Made by a program: the position numbers and the translations under genes. Positions 49,209 through 62,421 of a stretch of DNA of 64,000 bases are shown here, one piece after another; position 1 is the stretch's first letter; the number at the start of each line of letters is the position of its first letter. Below the pieces are notes generated by a model that was not told the origin of the DNA, searched no databases, and saw only the letters and a program-made list of their open reading frames with translations. This DNA comes from Takakia lepidozioides (Eukaryota; Plantae; Bryophyta): contig CM060734.1 in assembly GCA_030704615.1 (NCBI GenBank), positions 35,154,001 through 35,218,000 of the forward strand, read 5' to 3'.

Positions 49209-52200
49209 ATGGATGTTCAGGCTTTCAATGTGCTATTGCTCGAAGTCGCGGACATGGCAGAACTAGAAATGGTCTTCAATTTTGTGGCGGGCCTGGCCCC
49301 GTGGGCCAGGCGGAAGTTGGAGGAGAAGTCACCTAAGACTTTGAACGAGGCAATTGAGAGGGCTGAATGCTTCTCGGATGTCCCTAGGGGCGAAAGACAA
49401 GGTCGTACGGAGCTGAACCACAAGAAGACCCGGCGGGAGGGTGACTCATTTCGACCGGAAAAGAAGTGGGATAGGCCACGCGGCGACAATGGCACGTGGA
49501 AATCGAAGGGAGGTCCTTCTCACGTCAAGGCGACACCCGGTGCTCCGAAAAGAAAAGCAGGTGCGGCGGCTTATGGTGGACAGAAGGCGACCTTCAATGA
49601 AGTGTGTTTTAATTGCGGGGAGCCCGGGCACATGGCTAAGAAGTGCACAAAGCCCCGTCAATTGAATATGACTCGGGCAACCACGGAGCTGTCTGAAGAT
49701 ACCATCAGCCGCTTGGTGAAGGCAGTGGTTGCCAAGACTTGCAAGGTAGGCAACTACTTTTATGAGTTGTATCAGGAAACTGGCCCCCTGCGTAGAGGGA
49801 GTCACTTATTGTTCGTGAGTGGGAAAATTTCCGGAACTAACGTGTCGTTGTTGGTGGACACAGGAGCGTCGCACTCCTTCATGACACCGGCAACGGCACA
49901 AAAGCTGGGACTCCCGACAAGTGATGTGGGGGCCTCTATTGAGGTGCGTTCTGCCAAAAGAGAACCGCAATTGGCGACGAGGTTGGCGTTCGATGTTCCT
50001 CTTTAGCTGGGGAATTGGGAGGGACGTGAGAACTTCACCATTTGTGAGATCGACGGAGTGGATCTCATTTTGGGGATGACATTTTTTAGCAAATCCGGAG
50101 CGGTCATAGATGGCCGCAAAAGAATAGTTACTTTACCGTGTGGGAACGGTTGCGAAGTTTTACGAGTGTCGGAAACGCCCAACCCAGTGGGAGGATGAAT
50201 AAACCTGCTGACAGCAAGAGAGTGGGCCGTGGAGGAGCCACACAAGCCCCAGTTTTTGCTGTATGTAAGACAAGTGAAGGAAGGCGATGGGGAGCCGAGC
50301 CCAGATTGGATCAAGGGGATATTAGAGAAATACCAGGATGTGATGCCGGAGGATTTACCAAGCGGCTTGCCACCGCGAAGAGGAGTTGACCACAAGATTG
50401 AGGTGATACCGAGATCGGAGCCGCCTGCCAAGGCGCCCTACCGGTTGAGCCACAGGGAGTTGGTCGAGCTGAAGACTCAACTCAAGGATCTAATGTCAAA
50501 GGGGTACATCCGGCCGAGTAAGTCACCTTACGGAGCCCCGGTGCTATTCGTAGACAAGAAGGATGGGACGCTGCGGATGTGTGTCGATTACAGGGCTCTG
50601 AATAAGGTGACTATCAAAAACCGGTACCTTTTGTCAAGGATCAACGACCTCTTCGATCGGCTGGCAGTTTGTTGGATCATGAAAATGAACCTGAGTACGA
50701 GGTGGAGGCAGTGCTTAAGTCGAGGAGGCTCAAGAATCGAGAAACTGAGTATCTCGTGGAAGGGCTATCATCATGTGGAGGCATCTTGGGTGCGTGCCTC
50801 AGAAATAGGAAACGCATCCGAGGCGGTTGCAGCTTTCGAATGGCGACCTCAAAAGAGGAAGAAACGTTGATAGGGACATCAACCTTGGATCGTGGGGAGG
50901 AAATGCATGCTTAGCTCGGCTTAGCTAGCTCAAGAATCTGATTGCAAAAACTTGTGTTGCACAAATTTTGTTATAAATGAAATGATTTCCAAATGTTGTA
51001 CGTCATATTTTGTTTGGAATGGTGATGCATGGTATGGTTGGCTAGTATATAGAATGCAGGCTAGCTCACAAAAGTGGGAGAGGTAAATTGGATTAATCGT
51101 GTGTTTGCGTAGTGCCGAAATCGGGTGACTCCCACCTAAAGGGCAAGGCAACTTGCACCTTCTTTGGGAGTTCACGTGTTAGTGCGCACCTGGCGCGTGC
51201 GCGTACTATAACTACGCTACCGAGGGGGTTGCCTTGTAGTGCGGGCTAACGCGGAAGCTACGTGCTTCCGTTCACGTACTATAATCGTGTAGCCTCGGGA
51301 CGAAGTCGTAGTGCGGCTTCAGTGTGTTCCCGTACCTCAGGCCAGCATTCCAAGGCGGACCCAATTGTAGTGATTGGGGCGCACGGTTGGTTCAAGGTTA
51401 TCTTCCTAGTCAAAAAAAGGGTTCAAGGTGAACCCTTGCTCAAAGTGATGCCAAAAATGGCATCATGAACGGTCACAAGCAATGTTGTGCAGTAAGGCGA
51501 TTCGATCCTCGAGGAGGATCGTTCCCTGGCCTTGAAGTGGGCCAAGAAGAGTGCACTGGGTGGGGCTTGAGAGGCTCCACCCTTGGCCGGGACTTGGAGG
51601 AAGTCGGGCCGAACTAGCTAGTGGATAGTAGAGTCAAGTGTGGGGTTTGGTTCTTTGCCATGGGACGCCATGGTGCGGAAACAAACTCCTTGATGTGGGA
51701 CGCCACAACTTGGATGTTCGTTTCTACAAAATGGACAAATCGATGAGGGCATCGACTCCCTGTTGGTAGGGGTGTGTGTCGCGGCCCTTTGCCTTGAGGG
51801 TAGGGGGTCGGGACGCAGAGGGGCTGCCCCTGTGGTGGGGGCGGTGGCAGCAATAGGTACGGGGGGCTGAAGCACCCTTGAGTGCCCAAGGCACTCAAGG
51901 AGGCGGAGGCGCTCACTAGGTGGAGCCCCGAACACCGGGTTGTGGTGGGGGTGGCTCCACAAAGGGTGGTGGTAGCTTAGTGGGACTTAGTGGGGGTGGC
52001 ATAGGACTCACCATGGGGCGGAGACCTTGTGGTGGGAGTCGTGGGGAGTCTTGGGACTCATCACGGTCCAATGGGGCCGTGGTGGGTGGGCCAAAACTCA
52101 CCGCGACTCATCACCGGGAATCGATGGTCTTCGTGGTGGTTCGCCATAAAATGGCATGGTTGTTTGTGAAACCCCCGCGGACAGTCACAGAAGTATATAT

Positions 52201-52310
52201 AGGGAGTAGTAACCCCAAGAACGGTGCAAGCCCGTTGGTGACCAAAAACTAGTGAATAAGCAAGCGAGCCAGAAAGCGACTAAGGAGTGAAGAGCTATTC
52301 CGGACTGCCA
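49209..52310 (+). mobile_element. Chromovirus-type Gypsy element, 5'-truncated and internally deleted (gag-PR-RT start, chromodomain, PPT, probable 3' LTR from ~50904)
   Basis: CFNCGEPGHMAKKC; LVDTGASHSF; [32 protein letters not shown]; then a jump to [24 protein letters not shown]; PPT GGGGAGGAAA then TG; TATA near 52196. The right end is approximate. Confidence 0.8.
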
Positions 52311-52345
52311 TCCACCAAAGGGAATTTCCACTAGGCCCAGATTGG

Positions 52346-52668
52346 TGGAGAATGTGCCACTGATGGGCAATTCTCGGGCTAGGGTGATGGCCAGTGTGTA
52401 TCAAGTCCGGTCGTGGCTTGGGTCAGCAGTGTTGTTGGATGCAGCTGCAGTGGGGTCACGGGCTCATCGTCCATGGTTATGATGGACTAACTTGATGCCA
52501 CCCGCACTGCTTAAGCGTGCATTTGATGGGGTGCAGCGGCCAGCACACCTCACAGTGGATAGCATTTTGGACACAGGGAGGCAGTCTCAGCGTGTGAGAC
52601 ACGATGACCGTTCGCCTTTGGCAATGGTCAACAAGGTGGGTCGACCACGAGCAGCACTACCTACACTG
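52346..52668 (+). mobile_element. Second, fragmentary copy of the retrotransposon DNMT domain (motif VI onward)
   Basis: Near-identical to ~13332-13653; carries the extra G that removes the frameshift of the first copy. Confidence 0.92.
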
Positions 52669-53129
52669 GGTTTCTTGGAAGAGTAAAGGGGGATGTCGCG
52701 CGGCTTTTACTCACCCATCCCTTCGCTATCCGAGGCGGAAACTCCAAGATAGAAGAGTTGGAAATCTCTAAGTACTCAGCCCGCGCAGAACAATCAGTCA
52801 TGACCTACAGTTAGTGTATCATGGGGATGTTTCCTATTTGTTTCTTTTTTGGCATTCATGTTAGCTACCTTACCATTGATAATTAAGTATCGGTTTGCTT
52901 TATCAATCTATTGGATTCCATCAACTCATCCATTCATTCCACAGCTTCACTCAGAGGTGCTTCCCAAAATCATCCCCCCAAAAAGCCCCTTCTCAATCCT
53001 TGCTTCTCGCTTTATCTTCCTACCCGTGGCTCTAACCGTTTCCCTCACTAACCGTCGTCCGTGAACTAACATGTTCCATTTGCAGGTGTTGTTCCCCACA
53101 GTCGTTTCCTGTCCTGCTCTCCGTTCCAT

Positions 53130-53410
53130 ATGGTCGTGACAACTGTGTCAAGCTGTGACTGGCTGTGTGAAACTGTGACGGGCTGTGACTGGCTGTGCGA
53201 CTGTGTTTGGCTGTGTCTGCTGTGACGACTGTGACGGGCTGTGTTGGCTGTGTCGGCTGTGATGACTGTGACGGGCTGTGTTGGCTGTGTCGGCTGTGAC
53301 TGGCTGTGTGGCTGTGTCTGCTGTGACGACTGTGACGGGCTGTGTTGGCTGTGTCAGCTGTGACGACTGTGACGGGCTGTGTTGGTTGTGTCGGCTGTGA
53401 CGGGCTGTGT
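53130..53410. repeat. GGCTGTG(A/T) short tandem array; paralogous array at 56840-57000
   Basis: Seen directly; the two arrays bracket the extra ORF. Confidence 0.85.
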
Positions 53411-53419
53411 AACCCCCCT

Positions 53420-56294
53420 CTACAGTGCGCTGCTGTCACCCCTAAGGCTCCTGTTGGTCTCAGTCTGTGCAAAAATTAAGGGTACCCTATAGATCCCGTA
53501 TAAGTGTCTAAGTCCCAGACAGTCCTCTAACATTGCCACTGGCAGCCAAATGCGCATGATTTTGTAGTAATGTGCGAATGGCTGCGGAGGACTAAATTCT
53601 TTCCAAGCCAAATCCAACATGATGGGAATTTGGTTGAAGGGCATATCATAGCCCTACTGTACTCCCTTGCAGCTGGAGTTTTAGGTGGGTTAAAAGCAGC
53701 ATTGCCCCATACCTCAGGCTGTGGTGGCTGTGGTGTGGTTGTAGTAACAACAGGTTCAGCTACTAGTACAGTGACTTGTTGTGGTGTTGGTGGTACTGGC
53801 TCTTGTATCATTGGCATCTCCTGTACCTCCTGTGAAGACTGAAAAGCCAAAGTTCTGGTTAGCTGTTCCTGAGGGATATAGACTCTTTTGTCGATGTTTG
53901 AAGTGAGGTCCTCCACTTGAGTCTGCAGTCCGTCTACATCCTCCTGTAACTCTGCTATCCTACTATAGACATTGTCTATAGTAATTGTGGCAATGTTCTG
54001 CACTTGTAGTCTGAGCTCATTCATCTCGCTTTTGGTGAGCTTTCGTGGTGCTTTGCCCTCTACTGGCCCTTGTGCTAACCAGACCTGCATAAGGCTGTTA
54101 TCCACCAAGTTACTTGTGGTGCCCCTGAGAGTGTGCTCCTCTCTGAGTTTGTATACTTCTAACTGCTGTTGTAAAGCCTCCATGCGCTTCGCATGAGATT
54201 CAACTAAATTTGCATAGGCAGCAAGTAGATTATTAGCTTCCTTCCAAGCCTTGTTTAGTGACCGTGATTTCAGTTCTATTTGGCCATGAGCGTTTTGTTG
54301 CAACTCCACGATGTGCTTCTCTTGATCAGCTTCAACCTGTCTGTATCGCTTGAAAGTATCCTCATTGCGACATATTGTATTCTTCATATCGACAATGAGT
54401 TTCATTTGCTCAACATTCTCTTCTTCTGCCTTCGTACATTTTCCGCTTGACTGTTTATTTCTTTTGTAGATTGGTCAAGCATAGTTGTGAATGTAGCACA
54501 TTGTATGGCCATCCTGACATGCACTGTTTGCAACTCCGTATGTAGTGCATTCACTTCTTGCAACTTGCTTTCATGCTGCAACTGCATTTGGTATAGCTGT
54601 TGCTTATGTGCTTCGTGCAACTGGTTTTGCGCGAGGCCTGCCTCAATCATTGTTCCTTGGCCAATTGCAAAGCCGCTTTTGTATTTCCAAGTCCTGCTGC
54701 ATCTTGAGAGTGACCTCTTCATCGACCTTGTTTGCACACTCAGTGGCTAGTCGAGCCTCAAACTCCTTCCTGAGTTCCTCTCTCAAGGCTGTCAATTGGG
54801 TAGTTGGAACATGGGATTTGACATAAGTCCCCAACAAATTAAGTGTACTGCCTATGGAACTCATCAGCATTGCCTGTTGAGGATCATCATGGTGAGGTTG
54901 CTGCTGTTCCTCCTGATGTCTCACGAACCACTTAGGCCATTGTCCCACCGGATTTTCTTCCTGAACCACTTTATCTATCACCGGTGCTACAGTGTCATGA
55001 CCTTCTGCCTGTGGTACCTCCGACACAGGTGTGCGTATTATATGCACCTCAGGATTTCCCTTGGGCAACTGTTGCACCTCTGGAATCTCTGTCTCCTTGA
55101 CCAGACCAGAATATTCATAGAGAAGGTCTCCTTCTCAATTTCTGCCACTATCTGTTCTGTAGTTGGAATATCTAACCCTTCTCTTTCCAAATCAATTATT
55201 TCTGGTTGAGCTGCATGGACAACTTGTAACCTTGTGACAAGCCGATCAGCTGGCTGTGATGGTTGTGATACTGAAGTAACTTCCTCCTCCCTCTCTGAAG
55301 GGCCTGCTTCCAGTAATAGCATTTCTCTGTGCTGTTGTGCCCCTTCCTGCACATGAGCTTGGGAAACATTATCATGCGGAATCCGTGAAGCCAGTGGATC
55401 CGCCACTTACAGTCTTCCCCGTCTCTGCCTCTTAGTCTCGGGTTGCCCTGCTAGTCCACCCTCATTGTGTGAAGAGCCTTGCTCTTCCATTGCAGTGGTT
55501 TCTGGCTCAAACACTCCCATCTCCTTTCTTTCTTCGCATCAAGTATGTCAGAATCAAGAATTATTTCAGCAATGATTGGGCCAGACACTATGATAGGAGA
55601 CTTTGCGGTAGTACCCTTGTAATCTTTTCATCTCCTCCACCAGTGTGTTGTACATTATGTCCGCTCATTCTACATCTTGTCCCTTCAGTGCTTTGAGTAT
55701 TTCCTCCGTGAAGGATCTGCTCAAATACTGTTGGTTCTGTTTCATGGCAATCAGAACGTTCAATACCTGGGCCTACCTCCTTTAGCCCTAGGTACACAGC
55801 CTTGGTACAAGCATAACCCTGAGTTTTAAAAAACTCCCTTCTTGGAATAAGTCCCCTATTTGCAGTCTTGCCTGTGTTCCTCCACATGCACCTGACCTGC
55901 TGGCAATCGAAAACAATTGCTGGAGGTATAGGGAAGTAATCACTAATTCAACTCCCTTCACCGTTGTTTGTTCCTGTCATTGGCTCAAAGTTCTGCAAAA
56001 TTGTAACATGTACTGTCTATGGTGTAATGTCCAATCTATGCTTTGCAATCCTTGCAATCTCAGCTCCTCCAGTATCTGTATCGCCTTGGGGTAGCAATCG
56101 TTTGTTTCTGCAGAATTATTGTGGTGCTCTTCACCCTGATTTCCTCCCATTCCTCTCACTCTCTTCATTTTAGACTCACAGAAATGTTTGGCTTGTAACA
56201 ACTGCATAAATGCCTGAGTGCACAAAGCATAAACGTATGGTTGCTCACAAAAGTTATGGATAATTTCTTGTAAGCTTGTGGAGCTTGCAAGCAT
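53420..56294 (-). pseudogene. Extra sense-strand ORF downstream of integrase, coiled-coil rich, function unknown
   Basis: Chain of overlapping same-strand ORFs (105, 99, 122, 144, 111, 292 and 74 aa) covering about 2.9 kb. Confidence 0.65.
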
Positions 56295-57137
56295 CGTTCA
56301 AAGAGAAAAGCTCCGCTCTGTTCTTTCGTGTCTATGCCACTGCGTAAGTAATATTACGAGCGTATAGTCTGTTAAGTTCCTTCCATAGTTTCCAAGCTAT
56401 AGCATTGTATGATCTGTCCCGTCGAGACGCCGTTACTCAGAACGACGCCGCCTCTTGCGCTTAATTTCTCTCCAATTTCTTGATCTTTTCTCTGGCTTTC
56501 TATTGGCTGTAACCACTGTGACTTGATATTTTAGATTTCATTTTTCTTTAGTGGACTTTCCTTGCTGGATAGTCCACTAGGATCACACAGTGACAAGAAT
56601 TTCGTTTTTCTGTACTTGCCGTTTGTTCCGTTCCCCTTTTACCGTATTCATTAATGGGCCCGCATTTCATCCATTTTTGACGGCCGTTCTTTGTCCTCTT
56701 TCTTTATGACACCTGTTCTTGCACTTCCTTCTCAGCTGTGTGTCGCGCCCTGACTTCCACGTGTCTATTTTTAAACTGGTTTCCGGAGCCATTTTCCTGA
56801 CGTCCACCTGTCACTGATTCTATGGATCGTGTAACCCTAGTAGGCTGTGTTGAGCTGTGACAGGCTGTGTCATACTGTGGTACGCTGTGATAGGCTGTGA
56901 TGCACTGTGGTAAGCTGTGATAGGCTGTGACACGTCCGTGCTGGGCTGTGATAGGCTGTGTGTGCAATGGGCTGTGATAGGCTGTGTCTATAGCTGTGGC
57001 CTTGATGGGCTCTTGTATATATGGGCCTAGCGACAAGTGCTCCATACTCCGGTAACACTGGTGCAGCCCGTGACTGCTCTTGCGTTTCAACATGCAAATC
57101 ATGCTGCAATGGTTTGTCATGGATACCACTGTACCCT

Positions 57138-60100
57138 TCAACTTATTGGCATTGACTCTTCCCAGCATTTCTTTGTTAATGGTTTGTAACATGGCGGTGT
57201 TGTTATCATACATCTTTTGTATGACATAAGGTCCTTTCCATGGTGATTTAAGCTTAGAAGCTTTAATCTTTTCTTTCTTCTGCAACCAGAACCAAATCCC
57301 CTCTTAAAAGTCTTTAACTTGCCTTCATCAAACTGTTCCTTTCTCTTCATCTGAATTCTGGTCATATTATCAGCTGCATCAGCACGTACTTCTTCCACAT
57401 GGTATAATTCATGTTTCCTGACCTTAATGGAATCTTGCAATTCCATTCTCTTTCCCACTCCGTTCTCATGGTAGGTAACAGGAATTCCACTGGAAGTAAG
57501 GCTTCCATACCATAAACTAATTGGAATGGTGTATACTTAGTGGTGACTTTATATGAAGTCCTGTATGACCACAAAGCTGTCAGCAGCTTTGTATCCCAAT
57601 CCGTTCTGTTTGCATTGACTATCTTAGCCAAGATAGTACATAGTATTTTGTTGGTAGCCTCTGCCTGCCCATTACCCTGTGGGTAATATTTGTACTCTTT
57701 CTATGCACAATCATGAACTCTCTTAGTCAACAACTCAATGGTCTCATTCATGAAGTGACTTCCCTGATCACTGATAAATTCTAAGGGACAGCCAAATCGT
57801 GTAAGTATGTTCTCATACAGGAACCTTGCTGTGGACTTGGCTGTGTTGTCCCTCAAAGCTTTAGCTTCCACCCACTTCGTAGTATAATCAGTGGCTGTAA
57901 TTATGTACCTGTTTCGTGTATTCTTGGCTGGTGGGTTAATTGGTCCAACAAAGTCTAGTCCCCATTTCTGAAATGGTTCCGTAGGCATTGTAGGATGCAA
58001 GGCCATCCTTCCAGATCTCTGCAAAGGTCCTAGCCTCTGACATTCATCACAACTCTGACAATACTCGTGTACATCTTTGAACAAAGTAGGCCACCAGTAA
58101 CCTGCGAGTAGTATCTTCCTACTGGTAGTCTCTTCTCCAAAATGACCTCCAGCCACTCCTTTATGAACTTCCTCCAAAACTTTATTTACTTCATGGTGGT
58201 ACAAGCATCGTTTTAGTACTCCATCAGGTCCTAGCTTATACATTCTGCTTCCTACCATAGTATAAGGTAAAGCTTTGATAGCGATTCTCTTCCTCTGCTC
58301 CTTACCATAACTAGGTGGGCACTGACCATGAGCAAGGTAGTATCTGATTGGCCACTGCCAATCTAACCAGTCATCTGCACTTCCCTGCACCTCCATGCAA
58401 ATAGACTCGCATCTGGTAATTGATCATCTATTCCTGTGGCTGGTTCTCCTGTTGATAACCGTGACAAATGATCCGCCACAAGATGCAGTCTCCCAGGCTT
58501 GTAAACAACCTCGAACTCAAACTCGTGCAAGATTATCAACCATCTTGCTATTCTTCCGCTTATCAGAGGTTTGTTTACCAGGTATATCAGAGCCTGGTGA
58601 TCCACATAGAACATAAACTTCTTGCCCAACAGGTAATGCCTGAATTTTCTTCACTGCATAGATCATTGCCAATGCTTCTCTTTCCGTTGTGCTATAGTTC
58701 CTTTCAGCACTGTTCATCAACCGCTAGCATAGTACACAGGTGAATCTATATTTCCTGTAACATTCTGGGCTAACACCGCTCCCAACGCTTCTCCTGATGC
58801 ATCGCAGTGAACATGAAATACTACATGCCAGTGAGGGTTAATCAGCACAGGTGTAGTTGTTACTGACAGTGTAAGTTCCTCAAACGCCTGTTGACATTCA
58901 GCTGTCCAGGCAAACACTGCATCTTTCTTCAGTAGCTTGCTCAATGGTGCTGCTATTTGTGCATACCTTTTGACAAATCTTCTGTAATAACTGGTTTGCC
59001 CAAGGAATCTCCTTAGACTCTTAACATTCACTGGTGGTGGAGAGGCTTTAATGGACTCTGTCTTCCTGGGATCCACAAGGAGTCCCTTCTTACACACAAT
59101 GTGTCCCAGAAGCACCCCTGAGTTCACACAGAAAGTACACTTCTCTGGATTCAGGCCCAGACCTCTCATCCTGCATCTGGCCAACATAACTCCAATTTAT
59201 GCAAGTGCTCATTCTTAGAGCTGTACACACTGAAATCATCCAAGAACCTGCATGAAATCATCCAGATACTCATGAAAAGATTCACTTATCACTCTCTGAA
59301 AGGTCGCTGGTGCATTACAAAGTCCAAAGGGCATGACTTTGTATGCATAAGCCCCCCAGTCTGTGATGAAAGCTTTTTCCTTGGTCTTCTTCTGCCACTT
59401 GCACTTGATTATAACCACTGAAGCCATCCATGAATGAGTACATCTCATGGCCTGCCACAGTGTCTAATACTGCTGCTTCTGTGAATGGCAAAGGGAAAGG
59501 ATCTTTCTTCGTACAAGCATTCAGCTTCTTATAGTTCACACATACTCTTAGTTTGCCATTCTTCTTGGGAACTATAACAATGGGTGACAACCAAGTTGTA
59601 TACTCTATTGGGTATATAAACTTAGCCTCAGCCAACTTCTTATCTCTTCTCCAACCTTCTGTGCGTAGTTGGGATTCATTCTATACCTCGCCTGCTTGAT
59701 TGGTACTGACCCTGGTTCCAGTTCAATCTTATGCTGACAGACTTCAGGTGGTATCCCTTTTAGATCCTCATAGCTCCAAGCAAATACATCTGTATTTGAT
59801 GAACAAGCTTTTAGCTTCTTCAAAGAATTCCGGCTCCAAATCAGCTCCTACTTTCACCATCCTCGGTTCCTCTTTAGTTCCCACATTTACTTCCCTCACC
59901 TGCTCATCAGCTGTGATTGTCCAACCAGTCACCACTTCATCCTGTAAGCTCACAGTGGCTGGTTCTTCTAGGATTTCTCTCCTTCTCTTTCTTCATAGAA
60001 ATGTGATGGGTAACTGCTGGTTTCCTCTTCAGTTGGTGTTGCTCACTACACCACAGCAGATACCTCTTAAACAACTTAGGCTTTCCAGCCGCATCTCTGC

Positions 60101-62421
60101 AACCTGCTCCCACTCTGGGTGTGCAGCAAATAGGGTAGCTTCCTGCTCCTCATCCAGTCCTCCTTTCCAGTCATACTCTCTGACTCCTCGAGGTCTTCTT
60201 GTAGCAGGTAATCTACTAGATTTCTTTGTGGTAATTTGTATCTCGTGTATCCCATTATGCACGGTTAGTAACTGAGAATTCCAGTCATGGAATACCCTGG
60301 CCTGTTTCAGCCACGGACGTCCCAATAATAAGGAGTAAGCCTCCATGACTTCATCCATCTTCAACACAGTTACTGTGATCATAAAGATCATCTTCTGTAT
60401 CTGTATCTTAACTCCTCTTATTAATCCCAATGGCTGTACACTTCTTTGATCTGCCATTGTTACTGTAAATGGGGCTGGTTTCATGTTACTTAAGCTTCTT
60501 CCTTAATTGGTCTGTCATGATATTTACTCCAGAACCTCCATCTATCAGTACATCAGTTAGTTCTGTGCTTCCAATTCTCAATTGGATTACTGGCATAGAA
60601 TCATCAAAGTCCATGACTGTTTCTCGCCCTTCCGGCTTCACATTATAACTGGTCACCTTGCTGTTCAGGTCTGTGTTTCCTGTCTCTTGGGCAATTCGAT
60701 TGATTGCTTGATACAGCCTGTGCCTACAATAAGGTGCCACAGCTAATAGCTGTCCAATGGTAATTTCTGCTTTGGTCTGGCATATTACTTCAGCCAAAGT
60801 CTCTTCATTACTTTGCATGTCTGCATCTTCTTTTCTTTCCTTTCTTCCTCACTCCTTCTTCTTCTCCATCAGAATCAGAGGAATCTGCCACAGGAATATC
60901 AGTACTCTTCTGCATTTCCCTTATAGTATCTGCCACTTCCTTGTGCAGTTCCTTCTCATCTTTCCAAGTCTCTTCATCTTCAGGCATATCATTGCCACTT
61001 CATTATCATCTTCTTCCTCTTCTACTGGAGGTATTAGTTTGGCTTTACTTCTTGTTACTATCATTGTACTTACTTCTGGTACAACACATGGCCTAACCAT
61101 GTGAGCTGCCACCACTGGGCCCTCATTCACAGGAGCTCTCATCTCATTCTGGTGTCTTATCCAGAATGAACAGGCTGCCTGCGATGTCCTGGCTGATTAC
61201 AATAGTAACATAGTTCTTCACCACCATTGGGTCCTCGCCCTTGGTCTGTTCTTGGATTATTTCTATAATCCTGATTCCCGGGCTGGTAATTCCCCCTTGG
61301 ATTACCCTGATAGTTGCCTCTGGAATTTCCTTGGTAATTCCCTCTTGAATTACCTCTCCCTTCCATGCCATTGTTATAACCCACCAGACCTACCATAGTG
61401 GTCCTGATCATTGTTTCTTCTTGGCTGGGGCTGCACCTGATGCACCCTTACTTGCCTAGGTTCTCTTGCAGCTGTCCTTCTGTTGTAGTAACAATTCTCA
61501 GTAGAATGGTTATCCATTTTACAGATAGTACAGTGTTTCTCCTTCATGTGGCATTCTGTGGTGGTATGGCCTTCATTCTGGCACTTTGCACACCATACAC
61601 CCCTTCCTCCAATGTGTTGCAGCCTCTGTGGCATACTTCTTCAAGATTTCTTCCAATCTTTTTTCATAGTTATCCCTCTTCAACTTCTCCTTTCTCTTAC
61701 TCTTCCTTTTTAGTTCTTGCTCTTCTTCTTCATCTGACTCATCCTCAGAGTCCTCATCATCCTTTTTCTCTCTCCTGAGCATTCCCAATTGCTCAATTCT
61801 GTTTGCAGTTTCAAATGCCTCCTCCACTGTATTATGGGGTAACATATCCACTTTCTTTTGCAACTCTGGTCTTAGTCCACTCACAAACCAAGTCTTCTGT
61901 AAACCGGGTGCTGGTACTGCAGCCAGCTTTTTCATCATCAATTTCCATCTTTTCCATATACTCCTCAACAGTTTCATGCTTCTTTTGCTTTAACTGTTGT
62001 AAACTTCCATACACTTCATCCTCAGTTTTACTTGTCCTGAACCTATTTCGAAATGCTGTATTCAAGCCATTCCAGGTTAGGAAATGATTATCAGGGAATC
62101 TTGCATACCATTCACTTGCTTTCTTGATAAGTGAACAAGGAAACAATCTCATCTTGGCATCATCGCCATTCTCATTGTTCACTATACACATGTGCTCAAA
62201 TTGGCTAATGTGTACATCGGGATCCCCTTTCCTGAATATATTGGAAAGGGTGGTTTTGCCCGTGTTGGTTGTAACGCCATCTGTGGCCCTACCTTCTGCC
62301 CACTGACAGGTGCTGGCACCCTTGCTGGTGCTGGTCCTTCTGGACCTGTTGTTTTTGTGGTGGATCTTCCACCAAGTGGTGGCCCTTGAGCACTCCCTGC
62401 TTCTGGCCCCACGATATTCAC
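57138..62421 (-). pseudogene. gag-pol of the Athila/Tat-type element, many frameshifts
   Basis: Ordered ORF fragments gag (62421-61144), PR (60818-60029), RT/RH (59953-58363), INT (58396-57138). Confidence 0.9.

Noticed and set aside
52664-52668. CACTG / CAGTG (63991-63995) as TSD of the Athila/Tat element
   Set aside because: Not identical, and the right flank does not continue the DNMT fragment.
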